From contig OY771587.1 of assembly GCA_963674825.1 (NCBI GenBank), positions 448,001 through 512,000 on the forward strand: a stretch of DNA of 64,000 nt, given 5' to 3'. The stretch comes from Candidatus Cloacimonadales bacterium (GTDB lineage: Bacteria > Cloacimonadota > Cloacimonadia > Cloacimonadales > JAIOQZ01). The position numbers were made by a program, and so were the translations under genes. Shown here in pieces: positions 44,499 to 53,812 of the stretch; within the stretch, counting starts at the first letter, position 1, and the number at the start of each line of letters is the position of its first letter. The notes under the pieces were generated by a model. The model was not told the DNA's origin, did not search any database, and was given only the letters and a program-made list of their open reading frames with translations.

Positions 44499-47400
44499 TC
44501 ATGATTCTTCAACCGAAATCTCATTCTTTTCCTGAACAGCGATCACTCTTTTAAGTACAGAGCCGAGTTCTTCGATCCTGTATGGTTTGGGTATCACATC
44601 CAGAAAACCATATTTTTTATAGGTTTCGATTTTCAATTCGTTGCTGTATCCGCTTGACGCAATTGCTCTTACATTGGGGTCGATCTCGCGTAATTGAACA
44701 ACGCATTCCTTTCCACCCATAGCGCCGGGAACCGTCAGGTCCAGAATTACCGCCGCATAGGGATTCTTCTCATTCAGCGATTGTCTGTATTTCTCAATTG
44801 CAACTTCACCATGATCGGCAAATTCGGCCTGGTAATTGAGAAATTCCAGGAAATTTCCTAAAGAATCCTGCACGATCATGTCGTCGTCCATTACCAGGAT
44901 CCGCTCCCGATTTCCTTGATAGTTCTGCGTAATGTAGTTCCGCGATGCCGAAACGCCATCGATAACAGGTAGATAGATATCGAATCGAGCTCCTTCGCCA
45001 AGATGAGAGTCGAGTAAGATATGTCCACGATGACGCTTAATGATGGAATAAGTCATTGCGAGCCCTAAACCATTGCCTTCGGACTTGGTCGTGAAATACG
45101 GGTCGAAGATTTTATCCTGAATCTCCTGAGGAATTCCGGGCCCGTTATCCTCGATAGTAAGCCGCACATACGAACCAGCCTCCAACGAAACAATCTGGTC
45201 TTCCTTCACGGTCACGTTCACGGCAGAAACCTTTATAATACCGCCATTCTTCATTGCTTGAACAGCATTGATCGTGAGGTTGTTGATTACCTGGCTGATC
45301 TGACCGGGATCGACATTGACCTGATTTAAATCTGCATCAAACTCCATCTCGCTTCGCACACTTGATCCACTGAGTACGAACGTCATCGTCTCTTCAACGA
45401 TATTCCGAAGATCGGTCGATTGCTTGATCGGATCGCCACCCTTGGAAAATGTGAGTAGTTGATGCGTCAGGTCACGCGCCTGAAGTGCTGCTTTTTCAGC
45501 GTTCGTTATCTTCTCGATAACATTGGAAGAATCTTTCGCGTAAATTTTCGCCAGCGAGATATTACCGATAATGGCTGTTAGGATGTTGTTGAAATCATGC
45601 GCGATACCACCCGCCAGAAGGGTCAGTGTCTCCATCTTCTGCATCCTGGTTATCTCGCGTTCAATATAGTGTTTGTCTGTGATGTCGCGGAATACGAGCA
45701 CAATACCGATTGTGTTTCCTTCATGGTCCCGAATTGGCGCACCGCTATCCGCAATCAGCCTCTCGGTTCCGTCGGCTGAGATCAATAATGTGTGATCGGG
45801 TAGCTCGATGATCTTGCCCGATTTCAGAACATCCATCACCGGGTTTACGGTCTTCATGCGCGTGGTTTCATGCACAACATTGAAAATCTGCGTCAATGGC
45901 TTGCCAATCGCATCCGCGAACGTCCATCCAGTCAGTTCGGACGCCACTTTATTAATCAGCGTGACATTTCCGTTGATGTCTGTCGCGATCACAGCGTCAC
46001 CGATACTCGAAAGCATGACGGACAGGTGCTCTTTTTCAGCTGCGAGCTCTCGTTCGGCTCGTTTCTGCCTTGAAATATCCTGTACCGCGACAATGAGCTG
46101 CTCCTGGTCATCCAGTCGGACTCTATTTCCAGCCGATATCACAGGAATGCGTTCACCATTCTTCCTTTGATTCTCGAACTCGGCGATGAACCAACCCAGC
46201 GATTTCACATCATGGGCATAATTCATCATTTCCTCGATCCGGTCCGGAGGCAGCAGACTCGCAACATTTTTCCCGATCAGCTCTTCGCGCGTATATCCCG
46301 TCATCGTCAGAGCAACTTGATTACAATCGAGAATTGTGCCGTCGATCGATTCCTGATAGAGGGCAACCGGAGTCGCTTCGAAGATCATCTTGAATTTATC
46401 CTGGTTTTCCTTCAGCTCGCGCTCGACAGCCTTACGTTTCGAGATATCGCCATAAATACCGAACACGCCAATCTGCTTGTCACTCATGTAGATCGGGTAA
46501 CCCAACACCGATACTTCGACCATAGTGCCGTCTTTTCTCATACGCTGCGTGTCTTTCTGAATCGACTTATGGTTGAGAACCACTTGTGAGATAGCGGTTG
46601 CATCTTTGTGTAAATCCTCAGGTACGATCAGAGAGTTGATCGTGCGGCCTACACATTCGGAAGCTTCATACTGGAAAAGGTGCGTAAAGCTGGCATTCAC
46701 TGACAGAATCTCATCGTGATTGTTCACGATGATGATCGCTTCGGGTGAGTTTTCGAAAAGCTGCTCGAAATATGCCTTCTGTACCTCGAGCTCGTTCTGC
46801 TTTGTTTTAATCTCGGTGATATCCGTGGTTATCGCGTAAAAGCCCTGGATCAGCCCATTCATATCGTAAATCGGGTTGATCGAAACCACTACAGCTATTT
46901 CTTTCGAATCGCGCGTTACCAGCTTGGTCTCGAAGCTGGCAGATTGTATCGCGGAACCATCCGTTGTTATGTACTTCTTCAGATCTGTTGGATCTTTATC
47001 CGCACAGAAATCGAAGAAGGTATAATTATAAACATCCTTCTGTTCGATCCCACTCATAAGACAAAAGCGTTCGTTTGCATACTGTATTTTACCATCCTGC
47101 CGGATCATCACAAAACCTTCGTTCATCGCCTCGATGATCTGCTCAAAACGAACCTGGCTCTCATAGGTCTGCTTTTCGGCTTGCTGGCGATATTCTCGTT
47201 CAGACTGAAGCTCTCGATCACGTTCGAATAACGTTTTCATCTTGGCTCGAATCTGCCTTCGGGTGAAGATTAAAAGCGCAATAGACACCAGAACAACAAG
47301 TATTAGTATATACTGGAGTATCGTGAGTTTGAGGACCTTCGTCGTATCTTGTGAGGGCATTGTTGCTGGAGTGATATTGAACCACTTGTTCATCGAGATG

Positions 47401-48110
47401 TGATAAGCTGACTTCGGGTCAGCTTTCATCACCGTAAGATGCCTGTCGATCGCCTTCAACAGGTCGTTGTTTGTCCCCTTTCGGCTGGCAAAACGAAGTT
47501 CGATCGGCTTGAAAATGATGCCTGTGGGACGAATATCGAACCGTTTCTCGTGAATCCTGCCGTAAAATCGAGCAACCACACCGGCTTCTGCAGCACCCGA
47601 TTCAATCTTCTGGAGTACGTCTTCATAATCTTCCGAGAGGACGAATTCTGCCTTGATCTCGAATTTCTCGAGTTTCAGTTTCAAATCTTCGTAGTAAATA
47701 TCGTCGGCAACATACGCGATACGAACGTTCTCCAGATCGAGAATCGATGAAATTTCCGAATCCTCGCGAATGTAGATCCGGCCCCAATTCGTCAGGACAG
47801 ATTGCGCGTTGTAGTCGTATCGCTGCGCTCGTGCATCCGTGTAAGCAATTGCCACCATCAGATCGACCCATCCCTGTTCGAGCAGATCGAGACATTCAGT
47901 AAATGAACCGCCGACAAAGATCAACGACCAGCCTTCCTGACTGGCAATGTCATTCAGAACATCAATGTATAGCCCTTCGATTTCGCCTTCGTCGTTTGTA
48001 AATACAAGTGGGTTGTTCTCGTAGATCGCGACCCGCACGATTGTTTCGGCATGAAGCGTCATCAATGATAGCACAAGAAGCGCTATCATGACCCAAAAAG
48101 TCTTTCTCAT
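44499..48110 (-). CDS. Hybrid sensor kinase (periplasmic SBP_bac_3-like domain, 4 PAS, HisKA, HATPase, REC)
   Basis: GLYIDVL...AYTDARAQRYDY; AGGIAHDFNN; FDPYFTTK..GNGLGL; C-terminal REC. Confidence 0.9.
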   Translation of the reverse strand: MRKTFWVMIALLVLSLMTLHAETIVRVAIYENNPLVFTNDEGEIEGLYIDVLNDIASQEGWSLIFVGGSFTECLDLLEQGWVDLMVAIAYTDARAQRYDYNAQSVLTNWGRIYIREDSEISSILDLENVRIAYVADDIYYEDLKLKLEKFEIKAEFVLSEDYEDVLQKIESGAAEAGVVARFYGRIHEKRFDIRPTGIIFKPIELRFASRKGTNNDLLKAIDRHLTVMKADPKSAYHISMNKWFNITPATMPSQDTTKVLKLTILQYILILVVLVSIALLIFTRRQIRAKMKTLFERDRELQSEREYRQQAEKQTYESQVRFEQIIEAMNEGFVMIRQDGKIQYANERFCLMSGIEQKDVYNYTFFDFCADKDPTDLKKYITTDGSAIQSASFETKLVTRDSKEIAVVVSINPIYDMNGLIQGFYAITTDITEIKTKQNELEVQKAYFEQLFENSPEAIIIVNNHDEILSVNASFTHLFQYEASECVGRTINSLIVPEDLHKDATAISQVVLNHKSIQKDTQRMRKDGTMVEVSVLGYPIYMSDKQIGVFGIYGDISKRKAVERELKENQDKFKMIFEATPVALYQESIDGTILDCNQVALTMTGYTREELIGKNVASLLPPDRIEEMMNYAHDVKSLGWFIAEFENQRKNGERIPVISAGNRVRLDDQEQLIVAVQDISRQKRAERELAAEKEHLSVMLSSIGDAVIATDINGNVTLINKVASELTGWTFADAIGKPLTQIFNVVHETTRMKTVNPVMDVLKSGKIIELPDHTLLISADGTERLIADSGAPIRDHEGNTIGIVLVFRDITDKHYIEREITRMQKMETLTLLAGGIAHDFNNILTAIIGNISLAKIYAKDSSNVIEKITNAEKAALQARDLTHQLLTFSKGGDPIKQSTDLRNIVEETMTFVLSGSSVRSEMEFDADLNQVNVDPGQISQVINNLTINAVQAMKNGGIIKVSAVNVTVKEDQIVSLEAGSYVRLTIEDNGPGIPQEIQDKIFDPYFTTKSEGNGLGLAMTYSIIKRHRGHILLDSHLGEGARFDIYLPVIDGVSASRNYITQNYQGNRERILVMDDDMIVQDSLGNFLEFLNYQAEFADHGEVAIEKYRQSLNEKNPYAAVILDLTVPGAMGGKECVVQLREIDPNVRAIASSGYSNELKIETYKKYGFLDVIPKPYRIEELGSVLKRVIAVQEKNEISVEES

Positions 48111-48194
48111 AGCCTGTCGCTTGCTTTTGGTTATGTGAAATCGAGAAAACTATCGACAATATATCGTAGCCCCAACAACTGCAAATCGAGGCAT

Positions 48195-49133
48195 TTACTC
48201 CATTATCTTGTAGAACGTTCCACGCTCGAGTACCTGTGTATCGACCCGGTGGTCTCGAACCATTTGTTTCAGCTCGCCTAATAGATCTTTTTCTGCTACA
48301 CCGAGCGCTGCCGAGATATCTTCCGCTGTGCAGGGGCGCCGACGAATCATAGCGAGAATTCTGTCTGCAAGGTCCGCAGCCTTATCAGCATAATGATCGA
48401 CAAGCGAGAACCGCGCGATGATCTCCACCGGCAGATCCTTCCACATCTCCGCGATACGCTTCATCTCATCTTGAGGCATCGGGTGAACCCATTCGACTGC
48501 ACCAGGACGATCCAGCGTGTTAAGTTGAACCCGACCTGGTTTGATCCTGAGAATCGCTTCATGGAGACGTTCGAGCTCCTCCGGCGAGTCGTTGATTCCG
48601 TGCAGAAGAAAGACCTCCAGCCAGATATCGCCTTCGAATTCGCTGCTGAACGCCACCAGCCCTTCGATCACATCTTCGATCTGTACACCCGGCGCTGGAC
48701 GATTGATCCTGAGAAAAACATCTTGCGATGCAGCATCCAGTGATGGAAGCACCAGATTGCATTTCGCGATGTCCTTCCGCACGCTCGCATCGGTCATGTT
48801 GAGCGAATTTGTCAGCAAAGCCAGCGGATATTGCGGATAATGCGAACGGATATAATCAGCGATACGTCCAAATCCCACATGCAATGTTGGCTCACCTGCA
48901 CCGGAGAATGTGATGATATCGAGCTTGGGAGAGCCGGACAGATATTGATCGATCTCATGAATAATCGAATCGGTGGGATACCATTCCCTGCGCTCTGTCG
49001 TGAGCGTAAGGGTTCTTCCAGCTTCGCAGTACATGCAATTCAGGTTGCATGTCTTGTGAGGGATCAGATCGACGCCGAGTGACATCCCGAGACGCCTCGA
49101 CGGGACTGGTCCGAAAAGGTATTTGTATTTCAT
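48195..49133 (-). CDS. Radical SAM protein
   Basis: FGPVPSRRLG.SLG, CNLNCMYC, FSGAGEPTL. Confidence 0.88.
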   Translation of the reverse strand: MKYKYLFGPVPSRRLGMSLGVDLIPHKTCNLNCMYCEAGRTLTLTTERREWYPTDSIIHEIDQYLSGSPKLDIITFSGAGEPTLHVGFGRIADYIRSHYPQYPLALLTNSLNMTDASVRKDIAKCNLVLPSLDAASQDVFLRINRPAPGVQIEDVIEGLVAFSSEFEGDIWLEVFLLHGINDSPEELERLHEAILRIKPGRVQLNTLDRPGAVEWVHPMPQDEMKRIAEMWKDLPVEIIARFSLVDHYADKAADLADRILAMIRRRPCTAEDISAALGVAEKDLLGELKQMVRDHRVDTQVLERGTFYKIME

Positions 49134-49178
49134 AATCGTATTCTTGGAGGGAGCCGAAGCCCCCTCCCATATCGTTGT

Positions 49179-50531
49179 TTAGCTGAATTTCGCGATGCGT
49201 TCCTCGACCAGCTTTTGGATTTCTTCCAAGCGCTGCTCTGTCTCCGCTTCGAACCTCATGACAAGCACCGGCTGCGTGTTGGACGCGCGAACCAGTCCCC
49301 ACCCATCCGAATACGTAACGCGCATTCCGTCGATATCGTTGACGTTCGCGCCTTCTTCGATGAAGGAGTCACGCACTTTATCGACTACCTCAAACTTGGT
49401 CTCGTCCGGGCATTCCACGCGGATTTCGGGTGTGTTGAACATCTTAGGCTGATCGGCCAGGAACTGGCTGACCGGCATATCGGCTTTTGCCATGATTTCC
49501 ACAAATCGGCAGCACGCATAGATGGCATCGTCGTATCCGAAATAGCGATCCGCGAAGAAGATATGGCCGCTCATCTCACCGCCCATGCGGACGTTGTCTT
49601 CTTTCATTTTCTTCTTGATCATCGAGTGACCCGTCTTGTACATGATGGGCTTTCCGCCATGCTTGGCGATGTCATCGTAGAAGTTCTTGGAGCATTTAAC
49701 GTCACCCACAACCATCTCGCCAGGATAGTTTTTCAGGAAATCGCGCGCGAAAATATTGAGAATCTGGTCGCCATAAACGGGATGTCCGTTCTCATCGACA
49801 ACGCCGATACGGTCAGCGTCGCCATCCAGGCCAAGACCGACTTCCGCGTCGGTGGTTTTCACCTCGTGGATAAGATCCTGGATGTATTCGATCACGGTGG
49901 GATCGGGATGGTGATTCGGGAAAGTTCCGTCCATCTCGCAATATAGCTCTTTGACTTCGCATCCAAGTCTGCGTAGAATATCGGGGAGAATCGGTCCGCC
50001 TGCGCCGTTACCGGCATCGACCACGACCTTTACCTTGCGGTCGATTTTCAAGTTCGCCACCAGGTAGTCCTGATAGATGGGGATGATTCCCTCGAAGACC
50101 TTCTTTGTGCCCTTGCCTTCGGTGAATTCCTGCTTCTGGATAATGTGCATGATTTTCTGGATCTCTTCACCGTAAATGCTCATCAGGCCGATATTGAGCT
50201 TGAAACCGTTGTATTCGGGCGGATTATGGCTACCGGTGATCATCACGCCTGCGTCGGCTTCCTGATGATGGATCGAGTAGTAGAGAACCGGTGTCGCGAG
50301 GATACCCATGTCCGTTACATCGCAACCACATTCGAGAAGCCCGGCGGTGAAACGTTCCTTGAAACGCGGTGAGCTGAGCCTTGCATCGCCGCCGATAACG
50401 ACTGTCTTCAGGCTGTGACGGCGAAGATATGTACCGAAACCGCGTCCAAGCAGAAAGACGGTATCGTCAGTCAGATCTTTGTCAACGATTCCACGAATGT
50501 CGTATTGGCGGAAAATTTGAGGATTGATCAT
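49179..50531 (-). CDS. Phosphomannomutase/phosphoglucomutase
   Basis: FRQYDIRG, TGSHNP, DGDADR, GEMSGH, RASNT. Confidence 0.93.
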   Translation of the reverse strand: MINPQIFRQYDIRGIVDKDLTDDTVFLLGRGFGTYLRRHSLKTVVIGGDARLSSPRFKERFTAGLLECGCDVTDMGILATPVLYYSIHHQEADAGVMITGSHNPPEYNGFKLNIGLMSIYGEEIQKIMHIIQKQEFTEGKGTKKVFEGIIPIYQDYLVANLKIDRKVKVVVDAGNGAGGPILPDILRRLGCEVKELYCEMDGTFPNHHPDPTVIEYIQDLIHEVKTTDAEVGLGLDGDADRIGVVDENGHPVYGDQILNIFARDFLKNYPGEMVVGDVKCSKNFYDDIAKHGGKPIMYKTGHSMIKKKMKEDNVRMGGEMSGHIFFADRYFGYDDAIYACCRFVEIMAKADMPVSQFLADQPKMFNTPEIRVECPDETKFEVVDKVRDSFIEEGANVNDIDGMRVTYSDGWGLVRASNTQPVLVMRFEAETEQRLEEIQKLVEERIAKFS

Positions 50532-50560
50532 AAGGCCTCCAATTCGTTTATTTCTAATGT

Positions 50561-51166
50561 TTATTTCGTGTTTATCAATTCATCCAGCAGGGGAAGGATG
50601 TTGCGAAAAGCACGTCCGCGATGGCTGATCTCATGCTTGGCGGCTTCGCCCATTTCGCCGAAGGTTTTCCCCGTCTCGATTGCTTCGAATACTGCATCGT
50701 AGCCAAAGCCGTTCTCGCCTCGTTCTTCTTCGGTGATCAGACCTTCCACGCTACCGGTCGCCGTACCGACAAGTCCCTGAGGACCTGCAAGCGCAACGAC
50801 GGTGCTGAATCGCGCGACGCGATCTTCCTTACCCCTCATTTCGGAGAGCATTTTCAGCCTATTGTCACGGTAACTGCAACCTTCACCCGCGAATCGGGCT
50901 GCCATGACACCAGGTTGGCCATCGAGCGCATCGACAAACAAACCCGTGTCGTCCGAGAGTGTAAGATATCCGGTCGCCTGGGCAATCTCGGTCGCTTTTT
51001 TAATTGCGTTGGCTTCGATGGTGTCCCCATCTTCGATAACGTCCGGGACATTAGGGACGTCGTCCGCGCTGAGGATTTTCACTTGTGGCAGCGACGACAT
51101 GATTTCTTTGATTTCGCGCACCTTGTCACGGTTGTGCGTTCCAAGTAAGACGGTTAATTCATTCAT
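50561..51166 (-). CDS. rdgB: Non-canonical purine NTP pyrophosphatase (RdgB/HAM1)
   Basis: THNRDKVRE, DDTGL, GFGYD, KHEISHRGRA. Confidence 0.93.
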   Translation of the reverse strand: MNELTVLLGTHNRDKVREIKEIMSSLPQVKILSADDVPNVPDVIEDGDTIEANAIKKATEIAQATGYLTLSDDTGLFVDALDGQPGVMAARFAGEGCSYRDNRLKMLSEMRGKEDRVARFSTVVALAGPQGLVGTATGSVEGLITEEERGENGFGYDAVFEAIETGKTFGEMGEAAKHEISHRGRAFRNILPLLDELINTK

Positions 51167-51684
51167 TTATTACTCGCTTTCACGTTTTTATGTATCCAGG
51201 AGCGAATCTTGTCGAGATTCTTTTTGCCGACGAAGCGATAAGCATGCTCAGTAATCTCGCGAATGGAAAGGAGCAGGTTCTTTTCTCCGCTCCAGTGATA
51301 CTCCAACACTTCCGGATCAACATCGTTCAGGATCGTATTCAGCCCGAAAACGACGATCAGAAGATCATCGATATAGCCAATGAACGGGATGAAATCGGGA
51401 ATGATATCGATGGGAAGAATCAGGTAGCCAATGATTGAACCAATGAAGATGCGGAACCGCATCGGAATGCGCTTTTCGGTAAGCAAACGTACGATCAAAA
51501 TCACCAGATCCGGCAACAGAAAGAGATATTCCATGAGTGGATGCTTTTTATCGCCATAGCGTGAAAGCCGCTTGCGTAGTTTCTCGTAGAAACCGAAGAG
51601 CTTCTTCTTGCCACCCGGTACTACTTCTTCCAGTATCTGATCGGTTTCCTGGTTGTCCCAGTTGTTCATATCTTCAGGATTCAT
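51163..51684 (-). CDS. YkvA/DUF1232 family membrane protein
   Basis: YLILPIDIIPDFIPFIGYIDD motif. Confidence 0.88.
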   Translation of the reverse strand: MNPEDMNNWDNQETDQILEEVVPGGKKKLFGFYEKLRKRLSRYGDKKHPLMEYLFLLPDLVILIVRLLTEKRIPMRFRIFIGSIIGYLILPIDIIPDFIPFIGYIDDLLIVVFGLNTILNDVDPEVLEYHWSGEKNLLLSIREITEHAYRFVGKKNLDKIRSWIHKNVKASNK

Positions 51685-51697
51685 GCGTCCCCCTGGA

Positions 51698-52540
51698 TCA
51701 CAGTTGTTCTGTTATCAGTTTTCGTATGTTCAGTTCATGCATAACAGGCACCCAGAAATCTTCCGATTTGGTTCCTGGCAGGCACGACTGCTGCGGTATT
51801 GCTTTGAATGCCATTTCGGCTATTTTATCCTCTTCGAGACCCACAACCTCCTGATTCAAGCGGAAGTTGCCAAAAGCCTTCTTGAGATTGTTCAGATAAA
51901 GCGAATGCTGCTGAACGATTCCCATATCTGCCGGATCGCCATGCCCTGGAATGATCGTGTCTATATCCAGCCAGCCAAGTTTGTCCAGAGAAAGGAGATA
52001 AATATCGCTATCACCCCAGTAGAAATAAGGCACCGATACCTTGTCGCTCGCGCCGCTGAGAACCGTATCGCCTGCAATAAGGACACGATCTTCGTGGATG
52101 TAAATCACCGAGCTGTCCATGGTGTGACCGGGTGTATGCAGGATGTTGATCTCGACAGGATGCTCGATTCGTGTTGAACCGAAGAAGGCAATATCAGGAA
52201 AAACCAGATTCTTGCGATCGAGAATTGATTTCGCCTGCGGAGCTATGACGTTACGCTCGCTGGTAATGGTGTCCATGTAGTCCGCATGAGCAATGATCGA
52301 TGTATGTGGATCTTTTAAGAAGCGATTCCCATAGCAGTGGTCACTGTGCCAGTGAGTATTGATAATATAACGAACCGGCTTGCCGTTGAGACGCTGCTTC
52401 AGCTCGCGAGAATCTTCAGGCAAATGCAGGGTATCGACGACAATACAGTAATCCCCACAATCGATGACTGTCGCGTTCAACATAGCGCGGCTCGCTTGAT
52501 ATACAGTGATGCGCTCGTTGATACGGGTTTCCTTCAGCAT
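51698..52540 (-). CDS. MBL-fold metallohydrolase
   Basis: NTHWHSDHCYGN, PGHT, AGD, IPGHG. Confidence 0.88.
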   Translation of the reverse strand: MLKETRINERITVYQASRAMLNATVIDCGDYCIVVDTLHLPEDSRELKQRLNGKPVRYIINTHWHSDHCYGNRFLKDPHTSIIAHADYMDTITSERNVIAPQAKSILDRKNLVFPDIAFFGSTRIEHPVEINILHTPGHTMDSSVIYIHEDRVLIAGDTVLSGASDKVSVPYFYWGDSDIYLLSLDKLGWLDIDTIIPGHGDPADMGIVQQHSLYLNNLKKAFGNFRLNQEVVGLEEDKIAEMAFKAIPQQSCLPGTKSEDFWVPVMHELNIRKLITEQL

Positions 52541-52665
52541 ACAAACTCCTTCATCATATCCAAAAAACACTGCGCAATCATGTCAACGAAAATTGTAATT
52601 AGGATAGCTCTACAGATATAGGTATGTTGTTGCATAGATACAACTTGTTACCGCTGGATTACGAT

Positions 52666-52863
52666 TCAGGATATCTTTCTCGGAATCCCTGAGCTCAAGC
52701 CCATTGAAAATCGCTTGAGAAGAATCACATATTTACTACCGCAGGCTTCACACTCGAAGTGCCTGCTATCCGGTAATAACCGCATCCATCCAAACCGAAC
52801 GAGACGATTAGCCCTGTTCGAATCGCAATACGGGCATGTCTGGGATCTGCGGATTGTCATCAT
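52666..52863 (-). CDS. Small Zn-ribbon protein
   Basis: CPYC...CEAC; ATGA overlap with the upstream stop codon. Confidence 0.6.
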   Translation of the reverse strand: MMTIRRSQTCPYCDSNRANRLVRFGWMRLLPDSRHFECEACGSKYVILLKRFSMGLSSGIPRKIS

Positions 52864-53651
52864 GGCTCGATAAATCCTTCGATCGATTCGCCCAGCTTAC
52901 GAGATTTTTCTTCGAATGGCAGATTGCGTTTGAAATCAAGAACCAGTTTCAGCCACGAGCCGGACATGGCATTGGGTAGCACGATGAAACGAGAACCGAA
53001 TTTGTCCCGGTTTTCGTCTGCAAGCGCTTTACGTTCCGCTATATCAGAAGTTTCCCGGAATATTCGGTCGAAGTCGTTCAGATTATCACCGACCAATAGA
53101 AGAATCTCATGCTTTTCCATCACGATTTCACGTCTTGCTTTCTTGTTGAGCCTACCGACGCGTAACATCACATGAACCGAATCCACCTGCGGGAATCCCA
53201 AATTGATCAGGTTTTTCATCGTCCCTTCGATATAGCTGTCGTTGCGATCCGAAATGTAGAATATCGCACATCCATGTTCATCTGCGTACTTCAGGAAATC
53301 CACAGCTCCCGGAACGGCTGAAGCCATCGCCTGCTGATTCCATCGCGCAAAATCGTCGGGATAGGTCGTGCCTCTGAGCGCGTCTTCGGCGTTGTACCGG
53401 CTGTTATCGAGAACGGTCTCGTCGATATCGACAACAACTGCCGGCGTCTTGGTGTATTCTTCATTAAGAAGCTGCTCAAGCCTGAGTGTCGCGATGTTGT
53501 ATGCCTGATAGCAAAGGGCCCTGTATTCCGCGGAATTCTGTTGCCATGATACAGGCATAAGAAGTGTGGGATCCTTTATAGCCAGGGAGTCCTGTGAGAA
53601 CAGGAAACTCGTGATAAAAATGACGACTATGATCGCCGTGATACGTCTCAT
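52860..53651 (-). CDS. Class C acid phosphatase / 5'-nucleotidase, e(P4) family
   Basis: AEYRALCYQAYN, DIDETVLDNS, GDNLNDF, LPN; the signal peptide has no lipobox Cys. Confidence 0.88.
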   Translation of the reverse strand: MRRITAIIVVIFITSFLFSQDSLAIKDPTLLMPVSWQQNSAEYRALCYQAYNIATLRLEQLLNEEYTKTPAVVVDIDETVLDNSRYNAEDALRGTTYPDDFARWNQQAMASAVPGAVDFLKYADEHGCAIFYISDRNDSYIEGTMKNLINLGFPQVDSVHVMLRVGRLNKKARREIVMEKHEILLLVGDNLNDFDRIFRETSDIAERKALADENRDKFGSRFIVLPNAMSGSWLKLVLDFKRNLPFEEKSRKLGESIEGFIEP

Positions 53652-53708
53652 TGTTCGCTCCAATAATCGTTTCAACCAAATTTACCAGAACGTCCTAAAA
53701 AATCAATT

Positions 53709-53789
53709 AAAAAAAAACCGTCATGCGTTAGCCAGGCGGTTTTTCATGGCTTTTAAAAAAAACCGCCACACCTAAGTATGACGGTTTTC
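53709..53789 (-). terminator. Nested double-hairpin terminator region
   Basis: AAAACCGTCAT/ATGACGGTTTT outer stem and GGCGGTTTTT/AAAAACCGCC inner stem, with T-runs on the minus strand. Confidence 0.7.
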
Positions 53790-53812
53790 CGTGGTATCTA
53801 TCGATTCACGAC

